From positions 3,364,735 through 3,428,734 of the forward strand of contig CM082592.2 in assembly GCA_040954595.2 (NCBI GenBank): a stretch of 64,000 bases of DNA. Direction: 5' to 3'. The notes beneath the pieces were generated by a model, which was not told the origin of the DNA, made no database searches, and saw only the letters and a list, made by a program, of their open reading frames with translations. This DNA comes from Balanoglossus misakiensis. Taxonomy: Eukaryota > Animalia > Hemichordata. Position numbers and translations under genes: made by a program. This document shows, in pieces, positions 1-11,920 of the stretch; position 1 is the first letter of the stretch; the number at the start of each line of letters is the position of its first letter.

Positions 1-136
1 CTAGTAATAGGTTTACAGTTATACTTTGAATGTTGGTGTTCATTATGAATTACACGTACCATAAAGACTGCCCTACAGTAAAATCTGAATTGGGTTCTCA
101 GATGGCTTTGCCAACAGTATACACAAGTATACCCAC

Positions 137-3100
137 CTTCGACATTAATGTCCACAACATTGGAAGCAATAACCTTGTCGGGGTCATATCCATATCCAAT
201 GCACTGATAGTCACCAGAGTCCCACTGACTTGCCTTTGATATTGTTAGTGTTTTTATGCTAGTAATAAAATGAAAGTCTCTTTTATTACAAAGTAATCTG
301 AATGACGTCCATCGTATTAATAAGGTAAGTTCGTAAATTTTGTAGCCTTGTTAAAAGTGAAACGCATTATTTTCGTTGAAGTTATATAATATAGAATGTA
401 TTCAACTTCTGCAAAACATCAAATTCCGGCAGTAAACGCAATATGCTCAGCGAAGTTGTATTTACTTTCCAGACTGTCCCTGTGCTATTCTTCCCCCTTC
501 AACGTCCAACTGGTCGTCGACCGTCTTCCCGTTATGATGCCAGGCAAAGTTATCACGTATGACATTTGTTAAGACACACCGGAGGAAGATGACGCCGTTC
601 AGAGGGACTGTAGTGGACCCCGCAGCCAGACTGACGCTTGGAGAGATTGCTGTGGAAACCACGAAGGAACGTAATGAATTGATGTAGTGTGGCAGCACCC
701 ATGATTTTTTTAGTGTCTGATCTGAAGTTCGCAAGCGTTTAATTTCATCATGATCATGAGGTATTACTTCTGGCAAGAAAAGGTTAAGTTCTTGGGAATA
801 TTTGAATCGAAAAGTGTCATGACTTTCTCAATTTTACACACCTGCTATCTATAAATTGGAATTGTAAATCCTGAATTTAAAAAAGCACTGCATCTTTCTC
901 GGTAAACCTGCTGTTGGCAATACATGTATTACATTGATCGCGAGAGGACAAGACCAATGCAGCATTCTACTTACGGATGTCACATGCTGGCCCCTGCCAC
1001 CCTGCAGCACAATTGCAGGCACCATTCCAACCATGACAAGTTGCACCGTTACTGCAGATGCACATCTTGTCACATCGGGCTCCATACCTTCCATGTGGAC
1101 AACCTTGTCAAAACAAACATTAACGTAAAAGGTGTTATGATTGGGTTACACAGAACTCCGTGACCTCAGCTCATTACCTGTACCGCACAGAGGTTATTTT
1201 CATGAGTGATGCGGTGTTTTCTGTGTCATTATTACTGCTATTTTATCACATTTGCATATCAATTGTGGCCTTATTTTGCCGGCAACAACGACGAAACCGG
1301 CAGAACATATCCAATAAGAGAAAGACGGACTGACACATATGCCCAAAGACAAATTCAAGAGACTCGGACAGAGACAGACAGACACACACACACACTCACA
1401 GACACGGTCAAATGTTATTTTACCACAGACATGACAATTACGTACCAATAACTGCAATTTGGAGATCTTGAAAATAAAGAGGGGTTTCTTTCGGCTCTAT
1501 TAACGAGATATCGTATATCCAGTCTTTGTGAGTATCAAACCCTTGGACATGTAGTTCTAATAGCTGATAGTAAGATAAAAAATCACTATCCACGTCAAAT
1601 GAATTTTGTTTTATCCACTGCCTTACAGGAGGATAGTCCATCTGCAAAAAAAATAATTGGTGTTAAGAGTTTAGATATACTTATGCTGCTGTAACTGATA
1701 TAGATGGTTCGTCGTAAATACGGATGACTTGTCGGCAAAAGGCTAATGTATTAGATGGGCACCGTTTCTTCACAACGACAATGCAAATCACAGACAGCAG
1801 ACATGTTGGTTTAATCGGCCAGGACATCGGACCACAACACAACACAACACAACACAACACAACACAACACAACACAAAAGAACAACACAACACAACACAA
1901 CACAACACAACACAACATAACACAACACAACACAACACAACACAACACAACACAACAACACAACACACCTAAACACAAACAACACACCCCAACACAACAC
2001 AACACAACACAACACAACACAACACAACACAACACAACTCAACACAAACAACACACCCCAACACAACACAACACAACACAACACAACACAACACAACACA
2101 ATACAAACAACACAACACAACACAACACAACACAACACAAACAACACACCCCAACACAACACACCCCAACACAACACACCCCAACACACCCCAACACAAC
2201 ACAACACAACACAAACAACACAACACAACACAACACAACACAACACAACACAACACAACACAACACAACACAACACAACTCAACACAACAATGTACTCTG
2301 GCGATACGTAAAAAATTAAACTACCGGTATCAGAAAAGACTTGGCTATATACGTAGACCTAACATCAGGGTTAGACTGAATGTACGAAAAGCGTTGTCTA
2401 TATCGGCGTTACTGGTCAAAAGATTCAGTTCGCCTTACCTTAATTAGCTCTATATATTACTCCATAAGAAAACGTACCTCTACTTTATGTATCAGGATGG
2501 TAAAACCTTCGAATTCCTGGTTATTAATATTTATCACTTTATACCTGCCACTTGCTTTATTTGTCATTTTCACAGCAAAGTCGTCAATTCCGTGACCAAA
2601 CAATGAAACAGCAATATGGGTATATATATGAAAAGTACCTGTAATTAAATGTAGAATTTACTGTACCACTTTATCCACAGGTAGTAAACCCAGTGGCGTA
2701 AGGCTTATGATTGATAAGGAAAATGAACAGAATGAAAACGGAGGACAGATTATGATGAGTAAAATGAATGAGAGGGTGGGGGGGGGGCGGGAACCCCACA
2801 GCTGGGGAAGAATTAACAAAACGAAGAGTCTACAATTATCATGTAACAATAATGCTGAAACAACGGGTTAACGTTATCATTGACAGCGTAACTTGTGTGT
2901 TACAACACACATCTGCACTAGCAAATATTAAACTTATTTCAGGCTCTATGTTAATGTTACCAGTCTTTATAGGCAGGTGTATTTAGTATGCACGAATAAT
3001 GAAAGTTGAAAACACTTCAGTGCGTTCAACATTTGTGATGGTGGGAGATACCGCAGTAGTACTTACAAATTGAATTGTCCATATCGACGACAATTCCAGA

Positions 3101-6100
3101 GGCTCTGTCACCCGGATAATGGGACAACCACGCACCGTACAATTTTACATCATATGAGCAGGGCCATTCTTCTATCTGCAATGGCATAGTTATTGAAATA
3201 TTTGTAAAATGGTTATATTTCTATATACCAACTTATATGCATGTTGTCCGACTAATTGCAGGGCATACTTAAAAAAAAACTAAAGCCAACTACTGTTTCG
3301 AACAGTGTATCAAGATCAGCTCCGTTCACAGCAAAATACTTAAATATCACATCAAAAATAATTTGTCAGAAATTTCACTTACGAAAGGTCGCTCTTGTGT
3401 CTCGCATGTCTTGTTGTAGTATTTTGGCCACTGGTCAACATCAGAAATGCATATTTGCAATGCAAATGAGTCAATACTTCCATTCTGGTAGATACAAAAA
3501 TATAATACATATTCTAGCCCGCAATAGTATTCATTCATTATGTTAGCATGACATAATACACAAATCTTCATCCTATGAGATGTGTGTAATTCTTAAACCA
3601 AATGCAAATTTAGCCAGAGTTACCATGGAAATTGAAATCTAGCCAATGACAGATTTTCGGGGGTGGCCACCTATAGACACACCTTTTAACTATATATATG
3701 GGTATATGGGTATTCCGGCATATGCAAATTTAGGGTGGCTGTATACCTTTAAATATTCAATACTGACGTGGCAAAATAATCACTTTTTGTGGTGTTAAAG
3801 TTTCGCTTTTGGAGAATAATTCCCAAGTTGCTATTTACATGTATTTTCACACTTACATCCCATACAGCGTGTATGGTCAGGTTGAACCGAGGCGTTATAT
3901 CTGCCGATAGGAATGCTGCAACAATGATGTGACCATCGTCTTCGCTCACCCCAAAGCGGTTCTCCTGGCGAAAGAAGTCGTGGAATCGTATTTTCAGTGA
4001 AAACCACTATAACGATTTACATATTGTTCACCGATAACCAATCAGTGGTAAATAAGTTTTTAAGGCAATAGGTTAGTATAACGTTTACAGTGAATATTAG
4101 TGTGGAATTATACAAGTAGAGTGAGCTGTTTCCACGCTTCGATGATTCTGAATTCTTAAATTTGGCCACGCACAATAATTTGAGTATGTGTTTAGTTGCA
4201 CCATGATGAATTCTGCTACGGTAAAAATAAATAAATTTGGCCAATTTCATGATACCACAGTGATCACCCTGGAAACTGAAGCGATAGCTGACAAAACACA
4301 TTTGTTAGTAGTTACTTAGAATATGTTGTCTTACCTTGTTTCCATAAACAATTTCGACGGCCGAATACTGTGTGGAATACCCACGACTTAGAAAATCGGA
4401 CATGTTGAAAATTGTTACCCCAACACCAGTATTCTACAAAGTCAAATATACACAACGCATTCAACAATCATTCAGTTCGAAAGCCATTCTGTAATGTCGC
4501 AGAATATTTAATTAAATCATGAAGTAAACTCGATGTATAAGCTTATCAATAGATTATCAGACTTGTCAGACTGTCCCAAAGCCACATGATATTATGCGCG
4601 ACAGTTTTTACTTACTTCTGTTATATTGACAGTAGCTGATATCAATATTGGATACTGACCAACCACGTGTTCTGTTTGACAAGTCGTCGCACCATGCGAT
4701 CCTAAAAGATAATATATTTTCAGACATCTTGTCACTAACATTGCAGGGCCTAGGGCTTAACATTTTATTTAGTAGGGACGATATTCAAAGTATTAGTTTA
4801 TAAGATTAGGATGCCAACTTCTAACCGAAAAGATGAAAAGATTTTCAAGAGGCGAGAATCGTCTGAACTACGCATGCGCGACATTTTCCTGTTTATAAAT
4901 ACACTGTTTAATGAGACCCTCCGAACCAACGCATATTATATCAAAGTAAATTGAAAATGTCATACAAAATAACAAGGCATTCCTTGACATGATGTACAGT
5001 GTAATACTATGTAACAACCACAGTGGTTGCAATAATGTGCATGTGTGTTCCTACTTTGATTTTATTGGACCAGACAGGGCGACCTTTACCCTCCAGTTGA
5101 AAATTAAAAAGCCATGGAGCAGCAGAGGTTGACCACGGCTGAATAATAGGCTTCGTAAGATTAATTAACACTTGAATAGCGAACTCACCCGGGCAACAGA
5201 AACGGACCCTGTAATCTGCACACTTTCCGTCCAGTTGATCTTCATTCACACAAACAAGCCCCGTAGAATTAAACTGTCGAAATGTATCGCCCGTTTCCAG
5301 CGCCGGTATGCCATCTACGGTGATTGCATCCATGGCCGTTGGATTGTCGCACAGGAGGTTTGGATGATCTCGCCTGATGTCTTCAATTCTTTCAACGTCG
5401 CCATTTTTCTCGCCCTTATAACGGCTGTACCAGTCTGTCCAGTCACAGTCTGTGAAGGGAATATAAATGCAGCTGGTAATTTCTACATTGTGGGTATGTT
5501 GGTCATAATTGGGCCATGTTTGACCCGGTGTTTGATCACAGGGGTCGGTGAATTCTCAAGTCAACGTAAATTGTTACTGGTGATTGAAGAATTTAATATA
5601 CGTGAAAGGTGACTGGTACTCAGGGGTACGTGGTTGTAAATCTTTATGGTACGTTCAGTGGAGACGTTCATGTATAATCTCGGTGACAAATTTTCTGTGT
5701 ATCCCAATCTGTTCAAAATAGGCTAATTATACCAGACTGAAATATGCTAATTGAGTCGGACGCCTGTATATATCTGATTCCCATGCTGGCACTGCTAAAA
5801 TGTAGTGTCCTTATATGCACTGTGCACCAATCGCCATATTGGTTTGGTTCTAGACAAAATGGCCGCCATAATACGTCATAACCAAGAACGTCAATCGCCA
5901 TATTGGCCAGATTCTAGACAAATTTGGACATCACTACAAAGAATTTGAGATAACTGCAACCATGAAAACAAATGCGAATTCGGTAGATATTTCCAATATA
6001 CGATAGTTTCCTGTTTTGTTTTGATGCAAGCTCTTCATTATTTCTAATAAAAGAAATGCATACAATCCGAGAAAGCTCTCGATACTTAATCCCGTGATAA

Positions 6101-7038
6101 CTTTGGATAGAATGGGGCATACATGGCCCCTTTCGTGATTGCAGCGGTAGAAAGGGCCACAGTCCCTCTAGTACATACATACAAGTTATAGAGCGACTGT
6201 GAAAGGTTCAAAGAATCAGACTATATACACTCTGTGTACAATGCAGTGGTATCTGGTGTCATATCTAACCACGTACACTGTCTGACGCATCTGTTTCGGT
6301 CTGCCACTCGCTATCGATATCATCGCACGAGTCACATTTCACGTTGCCAGTCATGATCCCGGATATAACACGAACCAATTTCCGTCGACGTCCCATGATG
6401 GTTGGCAGAGGTTGTTCTTTAATAACTTACAAGAGAAATTTCGAAAATAGTGTTCTTTTTTTTCTCTCCCGCTTTTATACAGAGCGTGAAATATTCTATA
6501 AAATATCTATCAAGAATGTGTGTCTTGGATAATGAAATTTACACTTTATACGAATACTTAGAAGTTCAACTGAATCTTGTTTGGCCTCCAGCCCCACCCG
6601 CCTACTCTAAACGAATTTTTAGAAATTTCACATACTGCGCACCCCCATACTCGATCCAAAATCATTAACTGACCATGCCTGCAGGAAAAGAATCATTCTC
6701 TTGTAGGAATTTCTCCACTATACACAGTCTTGCTCGAATCTCGTACAATGTGCAGCACCAAAACTACATTTGAATTCGCGTACGTTGATCACAACCACAG
6801 TCGCTCTATGTAATAGACGGACTGTGCCACAACAGAGCCCGATTTTGACGGGGAAATTGAGTTTACCAGTGATCCACCAATTATCGTGGATTAATCAAAT
6901 TGGCTTGGGGGTTATGAGGAACTATTGGGTTGAATACTTGTAAATCTCAAATCAAGTATCTGAATTTTGCTTACCTGTGCTTCGTATAACGCAGAAATAT
7001 GCAATCCAATAAGTAAGTCGATTAGCCAGCCCATTCAT
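137..7038 (-). CDS. Multi-exon secreted or cell-surface protein: signal peptide - WxxW (Mucin2/CILP-type) - cadherin repeat - linker - EGF - Ig; continues past the left edge
   Basis: GT-AG exons read on the minus strand. 7038-6975 gives MNGLANRLTYWIAYFCVIRST (likely first exon). 5449-5189 gives CDWTDWYSR...GLVCVNEDQLDGKCADYRVRFCCP (WxxW). Exons near 4700-4617, 4433-4335, 3965-3858 and 3484-3383 give NITE/NTGVG..FGVSEDDGHIIVAAFLS..ISDVDQWP (cadherin-like). Linker exons lie near 3175-3066, 2638-2478 and 1641-1446. About 1103-975 gives CPHGRYGARCDKMCICSNGATCHGWNGACNCAAGWQGPAC (EGF). About 649-467 and 258-137 give LRCVL..FAWHHNG..LTISKASQWDSGDYQC (Ig). Phases are compatible. Exons between 5450 and 6975 are unresolved. 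Confidence 0.75.
1833..2290. repeat. (CACAA)n pentanucleotide microsatellite with variant units
   Basis: Directly visible; it produces the spurious CCVVL/HNTTQ ORFs. Confidence 0.97.
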
Positions 7039-7272
7039 GTTATGTGCGCTGCCTTGTCGCTGTCAAGGACGAACGTGCCAAAAAGGATAAACCGTTACAC
7101 GTCTCACACTGAGCGGGCCGGGGGCTTATGGTATGGGATTCACAAATTACTCATTTTTTGTCGGTTGATAACCACACACTCCAACTTACGAAATAACGAG
7201 AAGTCAGAAGTCATCAAATGTAACCTTTGACATTTAAGTTGCGACACTTACGACCTATTATGAAATTTATGG

Positions 7273-7372
7273 GTTTTGTCTCTTCTCCTGGGCTAATACA
7301 CAATACACAGGCCATACCACAAGTTTTACTGTGTGTGGCTACGCTACCACCGCAACTTTATTACAACAATAG
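7273..7372 (-). repeat. Split direct repeat B2 (3' terminus of the element)
   Basis: Identical by eye to 7683-7782. Confidence 0.95.
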
Positions 7373-7521
7373 TGATACAACAATTGAACTCTTACATGGC
7401 AGCTCAGAAAATACGCCTAGACCCCGCCCTAAAAAACAGAGCTTATAAAACCCTTTTATAGGGAAAATTCCTCTGAAAAAGCGTTGGGTCCCTGAACCAA
7501 AACAGAAAAGAAAAGAAACTA

Positions 7522-7782
7522 AAAAATTTAACGGATCACAAGGCGACTTGACTGGCCGGTGGTAGCGCGTAGACTGACCTGATTACCCCACCTACTTGAT
7601 ATTCATACTCCCATAAACAGCGCCCTCACGAAACAACAAAACATTTATTTCTCTCTATACGTTGTACCTTGAGAAATAACATGTTTTGTCTCTTCTCCTG
7701 GGCTAATACACAATACACAGGCCATACCACAAGTTTTACTGTGTGTGGCTACGCTACCACCGCAACTTTATTACAACAATAG
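7522..7782 (-). repeat. Adjacent B1-A2 repeats (internal circle-junction copy)
   Basis: 7683-7782 equals 7273-7372, and 7522-7682 equals 11921-12081. The junction aataacat|gttttgtc equals the end-to-end join of the two element termini. Confidence 0.95.
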
Positions 7783-7844
7783 ACTTGCACACAGAAGGGG
7801 GAAGAAAGTGAAGGCAAACTCTAAAGAAAGACAACCCTTTAAAA

Positions 7845-8866
7845 CTAAACTCCCAACGTTTTAGAAACCGAAAGAGCCTCAGAAATGCTCTCTTGAATGT
7901 AGCCGTCTTTGGCTGTTACTGAACGCCATCTACCGTGTCTCATTAACCTATGAGAAGGTACCCCAGCTTTTGCTGCTGTGGTCGCCCCTCCAATACGCAG
8001 AGAGTGTGTGCCAAAAGCGTGGACATCTGAAACTGCCACTTTTAGTTTTTCATGCACCAACTCTCTTACCCTGGTATAACTAAGATGTTTGTTAGTATGT
8101 ACCAATGAAACGATGCCTTTGGAAGCAAACAAAGGCCGAAAAATGTAACAGGAAGAATCTGCTGGAATGCCAGAAACACTCAAATACCTCTCAAGATATG
8201 TAACAGGACAGGTGAGTTTACCTGTTTTGGCAATGTGAACAATATTGCCCTTCTTGTATTGGTCATTCTTGCTTTTGTCAATGACAATCGAAACATGTGA
8301 AGAAGAAAATGCAATGTGAGATCTCTTAATGTTAATAACATCACTAAATCTAAGAAAACCAGCAAATGCAACAAGAATAAGACAGATGTCTCTTATATCA
8401 CGCAGAGAATGGGAATCTTTGAAGAATTCCACTACATTTGTGAGGATTTCTGGAGTGACTGCTTCTTTTTTGCTCACAGGTCTCCCAAGCAAACGCTTAG
8501 CTGATTCCACTAAATTCTTAACGAATGGATGCTGCGTGGGAGAAGTTAAACCTGATGTATGATGTACCCACTGAATACTGTAAACAGCAGTTTCCACTGA
8601 ATGTCTAGTATTCCCTCCCTGAATCGAATTCTGAATAAGCCCACTCAAATACAAAGCAACATGTGAGGCTTCTGCAGGAACAACTGGAAAAGAATGTTTG
8701 ACCGCAAAGGTGGCCCATTTCTGGAAAGCGTTTGTATACAACTTGACAGTAGAGTCTGCTCGTGAAGCCATGGCAATACTTGGGAGGTGCTTCACCAGTT
8801 GTTGCAGCTCTGGATCTTCCAGATTACTAAATTCTTTCCATATTCCATGGTCAAACACATCCGCTT
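7845..8866 (-). CDS. Tyrosine recombinase (ORF3), probably the 3' exon of a spliced transcript
   Basis: Motifs GFLRFSD (R), KSKNDQ (K), HSLRIGGAT (HxxR), HGRWRS and DGYI (catalytic Y). It is preceded by a polypyrimidine + CAG acceptor ending at 8867. The ORF track starts it at a non-ATG codon (8894). Confidence 0.93.
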
Positions 8867-9002
8867 CTGCAAAAATAAAATTTTGAGTGATCAATTCTTA
8901 CAACTTAACGCCATAGTTCCCATCGGATGGCAAGCAGAAGTATCAGGCTTCTATGGACCCTTTCTTAGACTGGTCACTAGAGCCTCCCACTATGGGGAAC
9001 AG

Positions 9003-11165
9003 TCAACACATCTTGCCCATGTAAACTGTGGAAAATTCCTTATTGAACATTCGACATGGAATGCTGAAATCTATCCACAATGCAAGCACTCTAAAACTGA
9101 GTGGTCTTCCACCGAAGACTGAATTTCTGCCCTTACCTGGCAGGAAAAGTAATGGATCATTGCTTGGTAATTCTAACCAATCATGTATGAACGGAGCTAA
9201 ATGCACCCCATCAGGGCAAATCAAAGGCCAAAAATAGGCCGATCTCCACAGCGGGATTACCAAAGCTCCCTTTCCCTTGTAGAATTGTAGGTGCCTTAAT
9301 GTCCTGCCTATTAGATATGTAGGTGGTACCAACCAGTTGACCTCTGACCCCCAATCTTGTGTAAAAGCATCCATTGCTGCTGTATTAGGACACCAAAACC
9401 GGGAATTGAAGATCACGCACTTAGCATTGTATGATGATGCAAATCTATCTACCCGGAACGGTCCCCAATGCTTGCTCAACAGTTTAAAATAATGCAAGTT
9501 TACTGACCAATCGTCTGTATCCACAAGCTTGCTTATGTAATCTGCACGCTCATTGGCTGACCTAGGCACCCACTCTGGCTCAATTGAAATCCCAAACTGC
9601 ATGCAAACTGCAAAAATTGCCAGAGCTATCTTCTGTAACTCAGGTTTCATACTGCCCTTATTGACAATTGTCACTACGTTTTGGTTATCAGTAAACCACT
9701 TGACATGCCGTCCCGCAACAAAACTGGCTATAGATAACAGCACTTTATACACTGCTTGTAATTCTCGCCAGGTGGAACTCTGTTCCGACTCATATGTGCT
9801 CCAGTTACCGTGAGCTACCACATTACTGTGTTCAACAATATAACCTCCATATGCATTTTGCGATGCGTCCGAGTATATGACCGATTCTGCTTTGGAACAA
9901 TTCCAAAGTGGCATGCCATTTAACTTACCTAGATTTGCCTGCCAAAATTCTAGTTCATTAATGGCAGGCTTTGTCAACCCAACAAAACTGTTCCAGGATT
10001 GTCTGTTGCAGATCACAAAATACAGATGACGTGTCATAAGCAATGTGATATTACCTACACCTGACCTCATGGAAATGATCTGCCCTACCACATGGGCTAG
10101 TCTACGTACAGGAACTGAAGCATTGCATCTAGTAAACTCTAGCAAATTCTGAATTGAATTCAACAATCTACTGATTCTATCGATCGTTATGAACAACTTA
10201 CCTTCTACCATGTTTATGACATTGCCTAGCCATGTCAAAACTTGCACAGGAAACCATATGCATTTGTGCTCACTTGTAATAAAACCAAATTTTGCCAGAT
10301 CTGATCTCACCTGTTCCGCTTCCTTTAAGGCTTTTTCAAAGGGACCAGCGGCCCCCAGCCCATCATCAATAAAAACCACTACTGACTTACCTTCTCCTCT
10401 CCACTTCCTGACAATTGGACGAAGTAACTTGGTAAAAATATACGGGCCTGTAGCTAGGCCGAAAGGCAAAACACAGAATTTGAAATATCTTCTGCCTTCA
10501 TCAAAATCCCAGGCGAAACCAAGAAACTTACGGTGCTCCGGGAAAATTTCGACATGATGATATCCTGACTTGAGATCGAACTTGAACAAGAATTTACCTG
10601 AACCAAGAAATTCCTTGGCCACCCTGAGGTCTTCACACTTAAACTTGTTCTTGTACAAAAAGAGATTAACTCTCCTTAAATCCAAAATAAACCTTTTCTT
10701 TCCCTCCCTACTGACTGAAACTGAGATGGGATTGCAAACATATGGCTGTGAAGGCACTTCTTCGATAGCCCCCGTAACTAAAAAATCGAGAATGGAAAAT
10801 TCCACGAAATCACGATGTACCAGCGCAGAACGATTGTTCTGAGAAAACATGGGCGCGGGAAAAGACAAAAGTGGCAATTTGTAGCCAAACTGGACCACAC
10901 TAACAATAGACGGCGGTGCGTGTTGGCGCCAAAACGCAAGATTTTTCAGCAGAGAACCCCGAACTTTCACTGATTTTGGCGGGCTACCAAAAACTAAAGA
11001 ACCGGGTGAAACAGTGGTAAAATCCACCAATGAAACATGAATGAACTCATTTTCATCCCTCGTCAAGGAATCAAAATCTCCATCGCTAAACCTGTTTACA
11101 TCATCATCGCTAGTTTCTGAAAATGGGATATCAGTACTTAACTGTGTTGACAATTCTTCTGTCAT
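9003..11165 (-). CDS. pol: Reverse transcriptase - RNase H - methyltransferase-like ORF2
   Basis: 720-aa open ORF. RT motifs: KKRFILDLR, DLKSGYHH, LPFGLATGP, FIDDGL. RNase H motifs: YSDAS, SSTWREL, FTDN, NERADYIS. DIRS/PAT MT-like domain: VDRFAS..NAK..FNSRFW..DAFTQDW..LVPP. Confidence 0.95.
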   Translation of the reverse strand: MTEELSTQLSTDIPFSETSDDDVNRFSDGDFDSLTRDENEFIHVSLVDFTTVSPGSLVFGSPPKSVKVRGSLLKNLAFWRQHAPPSIVSVVQFGYKLPLLSFPAPMFSQNNRSALVHRDFVEFSILDFLVTGAIEEVPSQPYVCNPISVSVSREGKKRFILDLRRVNLFLYKNKFKCEDLRVAKEFLGSGKFLFKFDLKSGYHHVEIFPEHRKFLGFAWDFDEGRRYFKFCVLPFGLATGPYIFTKLLRPIVRKWRGEGKSVVVFIDDGLGAAGPFEKALKEAEQVRSDLAKFGFITSEHKCIWFPVQVLTWLGNVINMVEGKLFITIDRISRLLNSIQNLLEFTRCNASVPVRRLAHVVGQIISMRSGVGNITLLMTRHLYFVICNRQSWNSFVGLTKPAINELEFWQANLGKLNGMPLWNCSKAESVIYSDASQNAYGGYIVEHSNVVAHGNWSTYESEQSSTWRELQAVYKVLLSIASFVAGRHVKWFTDNQNVVTIVNKGSMKPELQKIALAIFAVCMQFGISIEPEWVPRSANERADYISKLVDTDDWSVNLHYFKLLSKHWGPFRVDRFASSYNAKCVIFNSRFWCPNTAAMDAFTQDWGSEVNWLVPPTYLIGRTLRHLQFYKGKGALVIPLWRSAYFWPLICPDGVHLAPFIHDWLELPSNDPLLFLPGKGRNSVFGGRPLSFRVLALWIDFSIPCRMFNKEFSTVYMGKMC

Positions 11166-11174
11166 TCCATATAG

Positions 11175-11888
11175 TCAGGGCTTCCCGCCGCCACTACCAT
11201 TACCACCACCAGTAGTGCTCGCCACCATCGCTCTACATTCCGACCTGTAGTGTCCCGCCTTCCCGCAGGCGAAACATACCCCGGGCCTCTGACTCGTTCC
11301 AAATGAGTTCCGTTTCGTAGCTGGTTCAGTCTGTTGGCTGAAAGAATCCGACTTCTGCGAAAAGCGGGGTTTCTTGTTTTTCTTCTCTTTGAGTTTTCGA
11401 CTCGCTCTCATTTCTGCCTTCCATATTCTTTTTTCGTCATCACTATCTTCTGCTAGCTCATGGGACTGGTATTCCAGTGCTGTTCCCCAACCGAAGTCAG
11501 AACTATCTGCTAGCAATATAAGTTTTTGTCTTTGGTTGACCATGTCAATACCTTTAGCGAGTTTCAGCTTGGCATCTTCGAAATTCTTCAACTCCATACT
11601 GGTTTTGCTATCGTCCAACGTGTCCAACACCTTACAGTTGTGCTTGTATTGATCCTCGTTGGCTTTTCTTTTGAAGCGTGGAACTTCCGCAAACTTGATC
11701 TTCTTTATCTCCGCCATCTGCTCTCGATTTACTACTTCTTGAGTGGACTGCAAGTCCTGTTTCATCGTAGTCATTTTATCCGTCACTAGCTGATTGATGG
11801 ATACTAACAACTGGTTGTTGTTCGCCTGTATGATCCTCTGAATGTCTATGGCAGGATCGTTGTTGGGATTACCATCAGCTGCTGACAT
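11175..11888 (-). CDS. gag: Retrotransposon Gag-like ORF1 with CCHC zinc knuckle
   Basis: 237-aa ORF with DIRS-type gag motifs (FKRKANEDQY, RQKLILLADSSDFGW, LAEDSDDEKRI) and CFACGKAGHYRSEC. Confidence 0.9.
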   Translation of the reverse strand: MSAADGNPNNDPAIDIQRIIQANNNQLLVSINQLVTDKMTTMKQDLQSTQEVVNREQMAEIKKIKFAEVPRFKRKANEDQYKHNCKVLDTLDDSKTSMELKNFEDAKLKLAKGIDMVNQRQKLILLADSSDFGWGTALEYQSHELAEDSDDEKRIWKAEMRASRKLKEKKNKKPRFSQKSDSFSQQTEPATKRNSFGTSQRPGVCFACGKAGHYRSECRAMVASTTGGGNGSGGGKP

Positions 11889-11920
11889 TTCGTAGGAGAA
11901 CGAGGGGCAACCGACGAGCG

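Noticed and set aside
181-260. Suspected frameshift in the Ig exon
   Set aside because: Re-reading the reverse complement gives an open frame, KASQWDSGDYQC.
1681-2286. Cys/Val-rich and HNTTQ-repeat ORFs
   Set aside because: Translations of the (CACAA)n microsatellite. The same applies to the ORFs over the CTTT, CAC, GAAT/GAGT, GTAT, GAT and AATAC tracts.
6100-6830. Possible additional exons (Cys/Trp-containing fragments) of the left gene
   Set aside because: I could not find a convincing stop-free, phase-compatible exon with a recognisable domain; left unresolved.
7273-7782. Repeat-spacer-repeat pattern suggesting a CRISPR array or an LTR
   Set aside because: Only two long repeat pairs, fully explained as split direct repeats. 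No cas genes, no TG..CA ends, no TSD.
8316-11789. Plus-strand ORFs overlapping the retrotransposon
   Set aside because: Short antisense shadows of gag/pol/YR with no recognisable motifs.
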